Below are positions 16,976 through 25,321 of a stretch of 64,000 nt of DNA, one piece after another; the stretch's first letter is position 1, and each line of letters begins with the position of its first letter. A model generated the notes under the pieces. The model ran no database searches. It was given only the letters and a program-made list of their open reading frames with translations, and was not told the origin of the DNA. The DNA comes from Bacillota bacterium. Its GTDB lineage: Bacteria; Bacillota; Clostridia; Acetivibrionales; JANLFN01. The position numbers were made by a program, and so were the translations under genes. The stretch spans positions 52,408 to 116,407 of the forward strand of contig JAEZTC010000009.1 in the NCBI GenBank assembly GCA_023421675.1, given 5' to 3'.

Positions 16976-18844
16976 TTATTTTTTGTTTGCATATGCCGGA
17001 TAGAAATAATTTGATGAAATTATTTTATCTGCAATATCTATTCCTTTTAAAGCTTTATTTTTATCATTGCTGTCTTTATCAGAACCTATAAAACTGTAGT
17101 CATTGAGGACTGCAAAGTCTTTGTTTGTCTTTACAAGTATCCTTCCCATTGCAGTATCCTTGAACTTGTTCTCATCTATTCCCATAAGGTATGCCACCGT
17201 AGGCATTATGTCTATCTGACCGCCTGTTACCGATAGCTTTTCACCTTTTGTATTTTTCTGATAAATTATAAGTGGAATTCTTTTATTGTTATCCAGCCAC
17301 CAGTTTTCCTGAGGATGAATACTGTACAATTCATCCTGATAATACTTATGAACACCGCAGTGATCACCAAAGAATACCACTACCGAATTGTCCAATATGC
17401 CATCAGCATCAAGCATTGATAAGAATTCTCCTATTTGCCTGTCAGTATAGTTAAAACTCTGGAAATATCCGCCGAGCTTAGTTTTATCCATACTTTCATC
17501 CAGCTTCAGCTGCCTGTACTGCTGTGGAATGTTAAATGGCCCATGGCTTGATAAGGTTACAATAAAATTATAAAATGGCTGTTTTTCGGACTTAATTACA
17601 GGTTCAAGCTGCTTAAAATACGATCCGTCACTTAAACCCAAACCTATTTGCTCATTCTGATTAAAGAATTTTGCATCAATACACTTTTGGAAACCGATAT
17701 TTTTTAATGACATCATCCAGTTCCAATAAGCACCCTTGTCTGAGTGTATTGCAATGGTATTATAACCTTCTGCCTGCATCAGCTTGGGCATTGAGTTGTA
17801 TGAATTTGCCGGAAAGCGGAAAAATGTACTGCCGCGTCTTACAGGATAAACTGAAGTATTGATCATCAAATCCGAATCCGAGCTTGTTCCATTGTTTACC
17901 TGTTCATATATATTCGGGAAATAAATGCTGTTCGGCAGAAGCTTATTAAGGTTTGGCGTTATTTCCTGTCCGTTTATCTTCTGGCCTATAACAAAGTTCT
18001 CCAATGATTCAACCTGAACCATAATGAGGTTTTTGCCTTTAAACATGCCTTTATATTTATTGTCAGGCAGGCTTTCATTCTTGCTTTGGTACCAGTCGTT
18101 GATTTCTTTTTCCTCAGATTTAGTCAGAGTTTTAGTACTGTTTTCACTTAAATATTCATACGCATCAAAAAGATGATATCCTAAAGGTGAAAGATTAAAT
18201 ATTGTTTCTCTGGGAGTCCAGCATACTTTGAACAATCTGAATTTGGGGTATCTGTCATGAATATCCACCCTATAATGTGTGTAGGAGATAACACCTACTG
18301 AAAAAGCAAGGATTATAAAGAAGAATAATACGTTTCTTTTGGCATCCCTATACTGGCCTTTTACAAAAAACGCTGTTATAAAAATGACTACAGCATCTGC
18401 GACAAGCACAAAATCCATCGGCCTTACCATGGAGAATATGCTGTCGCCAAGATTATCAAGGTTTACAAGCTGGTTTAGCTGGTGGACAGATAAAAAGGAA
18501 TTGTAGCCCCTGTAATACCATAAATCGAAAATCATAAGGATAGAAACTACAACGTTAAAAAGCACCAGATACCAAAATCTCTTCCTTCCCTTGAAAAGAA
18601 GGGCAAAAGACATAGGCCCCAGAATAAAGCAGGCATATACAAGATTTGAAGAAATACTTGTTGATGCCCTTTTAATATCTATAGAAGTAAAGTTGGCACT
18701 TGCTATGATACCAAGAAGTGCCAATGATTTTAAAAGTACTATAATAAATGTATATGCAAACAAATAATCTGTAAGTTGATCTATTGTCTTTTCTTTCAAA
18801 TAACTTAAAGACTTCTTACAATGGATAGCCAGTTCTTTCCTCAT
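16976..18844 (-). CDS. LtaS/MdoB-family polytopic membrane protein, paralog 4 of 4
   Basis: 622 aa. Motifs are VQVESLENF, GTSSDSDLMINTSVYP and VFFGDHCGVH. Confidence 0.85.
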   Translation of the reverse strand: MRKELAIHCKKSLSYLKEKTIDQLTDYLFAYTFIIVLLKSLALLGIIASANFTSIDIKRASTSISSNLVYACFILGPMSFALLFKGRKRFWYLVLFNVVVSILMIFDLWYYRGYNSFLSVHQLNQLVNLDNLGDSIFSMVRPMDFVLVADAVVIFITAFFVKGQYRDAKRNVLFFFIILAFSVGVISYTHYRVDIHDRYPKFRLFKVCWTPRETIFNLSPLGYHLFDAYEYLSENSTKTLTKSEEKEINDWYQSKNESLPDNKYKGMFKGKNLIMVQVESLENFVIGQKINGQEITPNLNKLLPNSIYFPNIYEQVNNGTSSDSDLMINTSVYPVRRGSTFFRFPANSYNSMPKLMQAEGYNTIAIHSDKGAYWNWMMSLKNIGFQKCIDAKFFNQNEQIGLGLSDGSYFKQLEPVIKSEKQPFYNFIVTLSSHGPFNIPQQYRQLKLDESMDKTKLGGYFQSFNYTDRQIGEFLSMLDADGILDNSVVVFFGDHCGVHKYYQDELYSIHPQENWWLDNNKRIPLIIYQKNTKGEKLSVTGGQIDIMPTVAYLMGIDENKFKDTAMGRILVKTNKDFAVLNDYSFIGSDKDSNDKNKALKGIDIADKIISSNYFYPAYANKK

Positions 18845-18885
18845 GCGTTCCCTTTCATAACAAAGGAAAAATGCCGTAGCCTTGA

Positions 18886-20139
18886 TCAGCTGACTTTTTC
18901 CAATCCCTCTATATCAGATATATCTATTGCGCGGGTATGTATTGTGTGTAACCATTCACGCTTATTCCTGTTAAAAAAGCCTTGAATGCTTATTGGTATC
19001 CAGGTAAGCCCATAAATCGGGAATAGAATAAAATATTTTATGACCTTCAATTTAAATTTACCTTCAGCTGTTATGAAGATCAGACTGAAGAGTAAGAGTG
19101 CTGCTCCTGAAACCAACGATGAAATAATTGTAAATGCAGTGATATTGTTTAAAATAATCATCATTATAATGGAGAATAATCCTACAACACCATTTGCGAT
19201 GGTTATAAACGGCTGCATAAGGTAAAGACCACAGTCAAAAGCCCTGAAATCCTTATCCTTAAAAGCCTTAACAAAAAGACTTTTTAAATATCTTCCTGCA
19301 CAGTCACAATGTCCCTGCATCCATCTGGTACGCTGTCTCCATGATTGCTTCAATTTCAAAGGCTTTTCATCATACACCTTTGCATTGTGCGACCAGGAAA
19401 CCCTCATGTTTTTTAAAACAAGTCTTAATGAAAACTCAAGATCTTCTGTCAGACATGTAGCTTCCCAACCGATTTCCTTCAATACATCCATGGACATTAC
19501 AAATCCTGTTCCGCCAAGAGCGCAGTTAAGTCCGAGATAATGACGAGGAAGCTGGAAGATCCTGTTGCTTATCCAGTAAGTCATTGAGTAATTTCCTGAA
19601 ATCCATGAATCGCCAGGATTCTTGCTGTCGAGATAGCCCTGGATAACCTTGTTTCCAAGGCATAATTCCTTGTTCATCTCCATAAGAAAATTCGATGAGG
19701 CAAGGTTATCTGCGTCGAAAATGCACACTGCATCATATTTAGTATCCATTTTGAATAATTTTTTAAATGCCCATTCAAGTGAAAAACCTTTTCCTTTTTT
19801 TGTTTCATCAAATCTTTCAAGTGTTTTCGCACCATTTTCCTGTGCTATCTTCGCAGTTTTATCTGAGCAATTATCTGCAATTACAAATACATCATACATG
19901 TTCCTTGGATAATTGAGTTTGTTTAAGTTCTTTACAATGCTTCCTACAACCTTCTCTTCATTATGAGCTGCTACCAGCACTGCAAATCTATTTACAGGTT
20001 TGAAACTTTCTGCAGGTAATTCCTTTCTTCTGAACCATCCAAAAATACCTATTATAAAGTAATAAACAAGTATTACCGCTAATATAACCTGTGCAACTAA
20101 TAACACAATCCAAAAAATATTACCTAAATCCGCTAACAT
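18886..20139 (-). CDS. membrane-embedded family-2 glycosyltransferase (FDADN, QRTRWMQGH), paralog B; first gene of the LtaS-like array operon
   Basis: 417 aa, collinear with 10003..11247 along its whole length (VAAHNEEKVVG...IADNCSDKT...FDADN...TEDLEF...QRTRWMQGH). It lies 41 nt upstream of LtaS-like paralog 4 on the same strand. Confidence 0.85.
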   Translation of the reverse strand: MLADLGNIFWIVLLVAQVILAVILVYYFIIGIFGWFRRKELPAESFKPVNRFAVLVAAHNEEKVVGSIVKNLNKLNYPRNMYDVFVIADNCSDKTAKIAQENGAKTLERFDETKKGKGFSLEWAFKKLFKMDTKYDAVCIFDADNLASSNFLMEMNKELCLGNKVIQGYLDSKNPGDSWISGNYSMTYWISNRIFQLPRHYLGLNCALGGTGFVMSMDVLKEIGWEATCLTEDLEFSLRLVLKNMRVSWSHNAKVYDEKPLKLKQSWRQRTRWMQGHCDCAGRYLKSLFVKAFKDKDFRAFDCGLYLMQPFITIANGVVGLFSIIMMIILNNITAFTIISSLVSGAALLLFSLIFITAEGKFKLKVIKYFILFPIYGLTWIPISIQGFFNRNKREWLHTIHTRAIDISDIEGLEKVS

Positions 20140-20312
20140 AATTATCTATAACCCCTTATTAAAAATAACATTCTAATAAAAATTACTCTATATTAATATT
20201 ATTGTCAACACATGTTTTACATAATAAATTGCTGATTACCTTATATATTTACTGTTAAAATGAGTATAAGCGTTAATTTGTTAACATATTGACGATAATA
20301 AAAAAAAATCGT

Positions 20313-20349
20313 AAAAAAAAGGAAACAACGTAAAATAAACATCGTTTCC
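20313..20349 (-). terminator. rho-independent terminator of the ctsR-clpC operon
   Basis: Minus-strand RNA GGAAACGAUG-uuuauuuua-CGUUGUUUCC forms 10 bp (including 2 G-U pairs that work only on this strand) followed by UUUUUUUU. It lies 45 nt after the clpC stop. Confidence 0.8.
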
Positions 20350-20393
20350 TTAAATTATTTACAATTTGGTAATATTTTTTTAGAATCCCTTCG

Positions 20394-22826
20394 TTACTTT
20401 TTGTTTAGTACAAGCTGGTCGTCCTTGACATCAATAACCACCTCATCGCCTGATGTTACCTTTCCTTCAAGCATTTCTTCCGCAAGACGGTCCTCAATCA
20501 TGCTTTGTATGGATCTTCTAAGAGGTCTTGCACCATAAACCTGATCATAGCCCTTTTTTGCGAGGAAAGATTTTACCTCTTCAGTAAGCTCAAGTGTAAT
20601 CCCATTCTGCTTAAGCCTGTTGATGAGGCCTCCAAGCATTATTCCTACAATATTCCTGAGATGCTCTTCTTCAAGCGGATGGAATACAATAACTTCATCC
20701 ACTCTATTAAGGAATTCAGGCCTGAAAGTCTTTTTCAATTCCCCCATGACATTATTCTTCATTTCCTGGTAGTTACGTGCCTTCTCATCCCCGCCTACAG
20801 AAAAGCCCATTCGTTTGGGCTCTGTAATGAGCCTTGCACCAACATTTGATGTCATAATTATTACAGCATTCCTGAAGTCTACAGTTCTTCCCTGAGAGTC
20901 TGTAAGCCTTCCGTCTTCAAGAATTTGAAGCAGTATATTAAATACATCAGGGTGCGCCTTCTCTATTTCATCAAACAATACAACCGAATATGGCTTTCTT
21001 CTTACCTTCTCGGTAAGCTGTCCGCCTTCTTCAAAGCCAACATAGCCTGGAGGTGCTCCTATGAGCCTTGCCACAGTATGCTTTTCCATGTATTCGGACA
21101 TATCAATTCTTATAATTGAATTTTCATCCCCAAACAAAGCTTCCGCTAAAGCTTTGCTCAGCTCGGTTTTACCAACACCGGTAGGTCCCAGGAAAATGAA
21201 TGACCCAACAGGTCTCTTGGGGTCTTTAAGTCCGACACGGCCTCTTCTTATTGCTTTGGAAACTGCTTTTGCCGCTTCATCCTGTCCTACAACCCTAAGA
21301 TGCAATACATCTTCCATCTTTCTAAGTCTTTCAGATTCTTCTTCAGCAAGCTTTTTAACAGGAATTCCAGTCCAGCTTGCAACAATTTCTGCAATATCAT
21401 CTTCCGTTACGGTATCGGTACTGGTCTGATGCTTCTGCTGCCAATTATTCTTGGCCTTTTCAAGCTCTGCCTTAAGCTTTTGTTCTTCATCCCTTATACG
21501 GGCTGCCTTTTCAAATTCCTGACATCTTATTGAGTCTTCCTTTTCCTTTGCAAGCTTCTCAACCTTGCTTTCAAGCTCCTTCAAATCAGGCGGAGCTGTG
21601 AAGGATTTGAGCCTTACTCTGGAAGCCGCTTCATCAATAAGGTCAATTGCCTTATCGGGGAGGAATCTGTCAGTAATATACCTATCTGAGTATTTTACAG
21701 CTGCATCAAGTGCATCGTCGGTAATTTTTACCCTGTGATGGGCTTCATACTTATCTCTTACACCCTTTAATATCTCATATGCCTCTTCCTTTGAAGGTTC
21801 ACCTACCGTTATAGGCTGAAATCTTCTTTCGAGCGCAGCATCCTTTTCAACATGCTTTCTGTATTCATCAAGGGTAGTTGCACCGATTACCTGTATCTCA
21901 CCCCTTGCAAGCAGTGGTTTTAAAATATTGCTGGCATCGATGGCACCCTCTGCGGCACCTGCACCGATTATTGTATGCATTTCATCTATAAACAGGATTA
22001 CATTTCCGGCTTTCCTTATCTCTTCGACAGCCTTTTTGAGCCTTTCTTCAAATTCGCCTCTATATTTGGCCCCGGCGACCATCGATGAAAGGTCAAGCGT
22101 TACAACCCTTTTTTCCTTTAATATTTCAGGAATATTACCTTCAACAATCTTTTGCGCAAGGCCTTCGGCAATAGCAGTCTTACCAACACCGGGTTCTCCG
22201 ATGAGGCAGGGATTGTTTTTTGTTCTTCTTGAAAGTATTTGAATAACCCTTTCAATTTCCTTATCACGGCCTATTACAGGGTCAAATTTTCCTTCCTTAG
22301 CCATTTCTGTAAGGTCACGCCCGAACTGGTTAAGTGTCGGTGTATTTGAATAATTTGCGCTGCTTCTTGGCTCACCAGATGACCCTGGTGATTCTTCATT
22401 CAGGATTTTCACTATTTCATTCAAAAGCTTGGAAGGGTCAACCCCTAAATCCATAAGGATCCTTACAGCAACACTTTCTCCCTCCTTCATTATTCCTAGA
22501 AGAAGGTGTTCTGTACCTATATAGTTATGTCCCAGTCTTCTTGCCTCCCTAAAGGACAATTCAAGTACCCTCTTTGTCCTGGGTGTAAACCCAAGAGGCT
22601 GCTGGCCGGTTTCTTCACCTCTGCCTATAAGCTCTTCTATTTCCTTTAAAACCTTATCTTCAACAACACCTTGCCCCTGCAAAACTCTTGCAGCAACACC
22701 CGTACCTTCTCTTACGAGCCCGAGCAGGATATGTTCAGTTCCTACGTAATTATGGCCAAGCTGCATAGCACTTTCCTGGGAATATGCTATTGCTTTTTCT
22801 GCCTTTTCTGTAAAACGTCCGTACAT
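20394..22826 (-). CDS. clpC: ATP-dependent Clp protease ATP-binding subunit ClpC
   Basis: Two Clp_N repeats, two AAA+ modules (GEPGVGKTA; GPTGVGKTE) and a UVR-like linker. The start is taken at [13 protein letters not shown] (ATG 8 nt after AAGGAG); the track start at 22835 is 3 codons upstream. Confidence 0.95.
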   Translation of the reverse strand: MYGRFTEKAEKAIAYSQESAMQLGHNYVGTEHILLGLVREGTGVAARVLQGQGVVEDKVLKEIEELIGRGEETGQQPLGFTPRTKRVLELSFREARRLGHNYIGTEHLLLGIMKEGESVAVRILMDLGVDPSKLLNEIVKILNEESPGSSGEPRSSANYSNTPTLNQFGRDLTEMAKEGKFDPVIGRDKEIERVIQILSRRTKNNPCLIGEPGVGKTAIAEGLAQKIVEGNIPEILKEKRVVTLDLSSMVAGAKYRGEFEERLKKAVEEIRKAGNVILFIDEMHTIIGAGAAEGAIDASNILKPLLARGEIQVIGATTLDEYRKHVEKDAALERRFQPITVGEPSKEEAYEILKGVRDKYEAHHRVKITDDALDAAVKYSDRYITDRFLPDKAIDLIDEAASRVRLKSFTAPPDLKELESKVEKLAKEKEDSIRCQEFEKAARIRDEEQKLKAELEKAKNNWQQKHQTSTDTVTEDDIAEIVASWTGIPVKKLAEEESERLRKMEDVLHLRVVGQDEAAKAVSKAIRRGRVGLKDPKRPVGSFIFLGPTGVGKTELSKALAEALFGDENSIIRIDMSEYMEKHTVARLIGAPPGYVGFEEGGQLTEKVRRKPYSVVLFDEIEKAHPDVFNILLQILEDGRLTDSQGRTVDFRNAVIIMTSNVGARLITEPKRMGFSVGGDEKARNYQEMKNNVMGELKKTFRPEFLNRVDEVIVFHPLEEEHLRNIVGIMLGGLINRLKQNGITLELTEEVKSFLAKKGYDQVYGARPLRRSIQSMIEDRLAEEMLEGKVTSGDEVVIDVKDDQLVLNKK

Positions 22827-22850
22827 ATTTATCACTCCTTTTCAAGTGCA

Positions 22851-23888
22851 TTATTCAAGTGTCAAACTTTTTCTTACTATTTCAGCACGTTTAATGTCTC
22901 TCTCTTCAGGATTTAATGTCTTACCTGAATTTTTCTGCAGATTTGCAGGTTGAATTGCAACCAGCAAATTATCTAAAATCTCTTTTTTAACACTCATAAT
23001 TATACCCATATCCACTCCAAGTCTAACATCAGATAGAAGTTTTAAAGCCTCTTCGGTAGACATGATTCTTGCATTTGAAACAAGTCCCAAAGAGCGGTAT
23101 ACCTTGTCTTCGAACCTGTATGGGTTTTGCTTGAGCATATCATTCCGTATAGTTCTTTCCTGGTCTACAATCTGCTCAACAATCCTTGAAATGCTGGATA
23201 CAATCTCTTCTTCACTCTGGCCAAGCGTTACTTGGTTTGAAATCTGAAACATGTTGCCTGAAGCTTCGCTGTTCTCGCCATACAGGCCCCTTACAGCCAC
23301 GCCAAGCTTCCTGCAGGCTTCAAGCAGGTTTTTTATATAACCGGTCATTGTAAGCGCTGGCAAATGAAGCATTGCAGATGCTCTTATTCCGGTACCTGCA
23401 TTAGTGGGGCAGCAGGTAAGATAACCATAATCACGGCTGAATGCGAAATCAACCTTTTCCTCAAGCAGACTATCAATCTCGCTACACTTTTTCCATGCAT
23501 CGTCTATCCTCATTCCTGGATATATACACTGGAGCCTTACATGATCCTCTTCATTTATCATAATGCTTATGGTACCGTCACCGCTAATCAGAACCCCTCG
23601 TTCTCTGGAGCTTTGGGCCATATCCGGGCTTATAAGGTGTTTTTCCAGAAGCACCTGCCTGTTTAACGCATCAAGCTGTCCAATATCTATAAAAGTGAAT
23701 TTATTTTTCTGACTTTTTTTAATATTTAAAACCGAGTCTCTTACACGGTCCAAAACCTTTAATTCATGTTCCCTGGTCATTTTTAACGGGAACGGGAAAT
23801 CATTAAGATTACGCGCAAGTCTTACCCTGCTGCTGATTACAACATCTGACCCATTGCTTTCAAAAGGCGTACCTGGCATACGATGCAC
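22851..23888 (-). CDS. mcsB: protein arginine kinase McsB
   Basis: Phosphagen-kinase-type catalytic domain (SRVRLARNL, NEEDHVRLQ, CPTNAGTGIRAS). It occupies the conserved position between mcsA and clpC. Confidence 0.92.
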   Translation of the reverse strand: MHRMPGTPFESNGSDVVISSRVRLARNLNDFPFPLKMTREHELKVLDRVRDSVLNIKKSQKNKFTFIDIGQLDALNRQVLLEKHLISPDMAQSSRERGVLISGDGTISIMINEEDHVRLQCIYPGMRIDDAWKKCSEIDSLLEEKVDFAFSRDYGYLTCCPTNAGTGIRASAMLHLPALTMTGYIKNLLEACRKLGVAVRGLYGENSEASGNMFQISNQVTLGQSEEEIVSSISRIVEQIVDQERTIRNDMLKQNPYRFEDKVYRSLGLVSNARIMSTEEALKLLSDVRLGVDMGIIMSVKKEILDNLLVAIQPANLQKNSGKTLNPEERDIKRAEIVRKSLTLE

Positions 23889-23910
23889 CTCCTATCATAA
23901 AACTGTTTTA

Positions 23911-24420
23911 TTATTTTCCTGTTTTGTCAGCTTCAAGCTCTTTAATCCGATCCCTCAGTTTAGCCGCATCTTCATATTCTTCTGCCTGAATTGCCTTATT
24001 CAAAAGTTCCTTAAGCCTATCTACATCATTAGAGATCTTGATGTGTTCAGACTGTTTAGCCGGAGCCTTACCACTGTGGACAGTATTACCGTGAAGCTGC
24101 TTAAGCAGCGGATTCAGCCTTTCGCCAAACAGTTTATAACAGTTACTGCATCCAAGCTTGCCTGTCTTTTGAAATTCTTCATATGTCATACCGCATACAT
24201 CGCATACCTTATCCGGCACCCTTGGAATTTGAAATTCCTGATTTGAACCCAGATTCAATATGCCTGAAAAGAAATCACTTATGCTGAAAGGTGACTCAAA
24301 GCTTATTTGTCCCTGTTGGGATGCACATTGTTCACACAGGTACATGTCCATTTTAGTACTGTTTATTATTTGTGTAAGGTGTACGCTTGCAGGCCTTTTC
24401 TGACACAATTGGCATAACAT
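23911..24420 (-). CDS. mcsA: McsA (UvrB/C-motif, zinc-finger activator of McsB)
   Basis: CxxC pairs (CQLCQ, CEQCA, CDVCG, CSNCY) and a C-terminal UVR motif (AIQAEEYEDAAKLRDRIKELE). Confidence 0.9.
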   Translation of the reverse strand: MLCQLCQKRPASVHLTQIINSTKMDMYLCEQCASQQGQISFESPFSISDFFSGILNLGSNQEFQIPRVPDKVCDVCGMTYEEFQKTGKLGCSNCYKLFGERLNPLLKQLHGNTVHSGKAPAKQSEHIKISNDVDRLKELLNKAIQAEEYEDAAKLRDRIKELEADKTGK

Positions 24421-24454
24421 AGGCTCACTCCCTGACTATTCTATCTTCAACACT

Positions 24455-24640
24455 ATATATGATGAAGTAATTACTTATACATCATTTGCATTTTTAAAGC
24501 CAAATGCAAATAGGTGTCTAATCAGAATTTACTTAATCATATTATAGATGTAATAAGTTGAATTAAAATCATTTATCATACCATCATGGCCGGCATTAAG
24601 GACATGATGCATACTAAGTATTTAATTCAACTTATATAAT
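24455..24640. repeat. copy 1 of an approximately 185-nt multi-hairpin intergenic repeat (second copy at 42208..42395)
   Basis: By-eye alignment to 42208..42395 gives roughly 90% identity in the same orientation. Perfect stems are 24484..24493/24502..24511 (ATTTGCATTT/AAATGCAAAT), 24553..24567/24621..24635 (ATAAGTTGAATTAAA/TTTAATTCAACTTAT) and, nested inside that, 24582..24588/24603..24609 (CATCATG/CATGATG). It contains no ORF. Confidence 0.85.
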
Positions 24641-24684
24641 ATATTTCCAATAAAATCAAAATGTATCTTTTAACAAAGTTATTT

Positions 24685-25149
24685 TTATATTAAAAGGCTT
24701 GCAAGCATGTTTTTAAGTATTGAAGCCCTAATAATATCTCTTGCCTGAGGCGGTACTGCTATAAGCGCTTTATCGCTTACCGCAGCCTTAAGAATCAAGC
24801 CTTCCCTGTCGGTTACAACCTCATAATCCATAAAGTTATTAATAAACGCTTCTGCAGTCTGCTGTGAAAGACTGTTCCCCATTGAGGCAACAATATGCAT
24901 CAGATAATTCCCAGCCTTTGAAATATTGACCCTTTTTATCCTGATACAGCCTCCTCCGCCTCTTCTGCTTTCAACGTAAAAGCCTCTTTCGACAGTAAAC
25001 CGTGTATCTATAACATAATTGATCTGGGACGGTACACATTTAAACTGATTTGCGAGTTCATTCCTTTGAATCTCTATTACCCCATCCGTATCGTTTATGA
25101 GCTGCTTTATAAATGCTTCTATTAAATCACTTAAAATAGCCATTCCCAT
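24685..25149 (-). CDS. ctsR: class III stress-gene repressor CtsR
   Basis: MGMAILSDLIEAFIKQLIND...RRGGGGCIRI is the CtsR signature. The track ORF extends to 25200, but that extension contains the CtsR operator and the -10 box, so the start is taken at Met18 (25149). Confidence 0.9.
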   Translation of the reverse strand: MGMAILSDLIEAFIKQLINDTDGVIEIQRNELANQFKCVPSQINYVIDTRFTVERGFYVESRRGGGGCIRIKRVNISKAGNYLMHIVASMGNSLSQQTAEAFINNFMDYEVVTDREGLILKAAVSDKALIAVPPQARDIIRASILKNMLASLLI

Positions 25150-25162
25150 CACCTTTTCTGAT

Positions 25163-25217
25163 TTTGACTTTCCTTGACCTTCAAAAATATTATACTGCAT
25201 TTCATATTTAATTTCAA
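25163..25217 (-). promoter_or_regulatory. ctsR operon promoter (TTGAAA-17-TATAAT) with a CtsR operator directly downstream
   Basis: On the minus strand, TTGAAA = 25217..25212, TATAAT = 25194..25189, and the operator GGTCAAGGAAAGTCAAA = 25179..25163. The operator matches the heptad direct-repeat consensus (A/G)GTCAAA-NAN-(A/G)GTCAAA. Confidence 0.85.
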
Positions 25218-25277
25218 TATGCTAATTTATTTTATAGTTTTTGCAGATTTAAGACTAATATTCCCTTTGACAGTGAA

Positions 25278-25312
25278 ATAAAAAAGTGCCGGTTTGTTAA
25301 ATCGACACTTTT
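25278..25312 (-). terminator. rho-independent terminator after the CDF transporter gene
   Basis: Minus-strand RNA AAAAGUGUCG-(11-nt loop)-CGGCACUUUU followed by UUAUUU. It starts 10 nt after the stop at 25322. Confidence 0.75.
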
Positions 25313-25321
25313 GAGACTTAA

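Noticed and set aside
11261-18844. The possibility that the four-fold LtaS-like array is an assembly artefact or consists of decaying pseudogene copies.
   Set aside because: The copies are clearly diverged at both protein and DNA level. Each has an intact full-length frame, its own short spacer and retained motif residues, so they look like functional paralogs.
20505-22916. Plus-strand ORFs inside clpC (20505..20849, 21061..21429, 21300..21533, 21928..22242, 22671..22916).
   Set aside because: They are antisense to a highly conserved AAA+ gene and show no independent signals.
23854-24246. 130-aa plus-strand ORF overlapping mcsA and the start of mcsB.
   Set aside because: It is antisense to two conserved genes, is hydrophobic and low-complexity, and has no SD.
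24455-24640. The 185-nt repeat as a CRISPR-like array, tRNA or other standard RNA gene, or as an IS element.
   Set aside because: There are only two dispersed copies 17.7 kb apart with no short-spacer periodicity. There is no cloverleaf and no transposase ORF. It is retained as an unclassified structured repeat.
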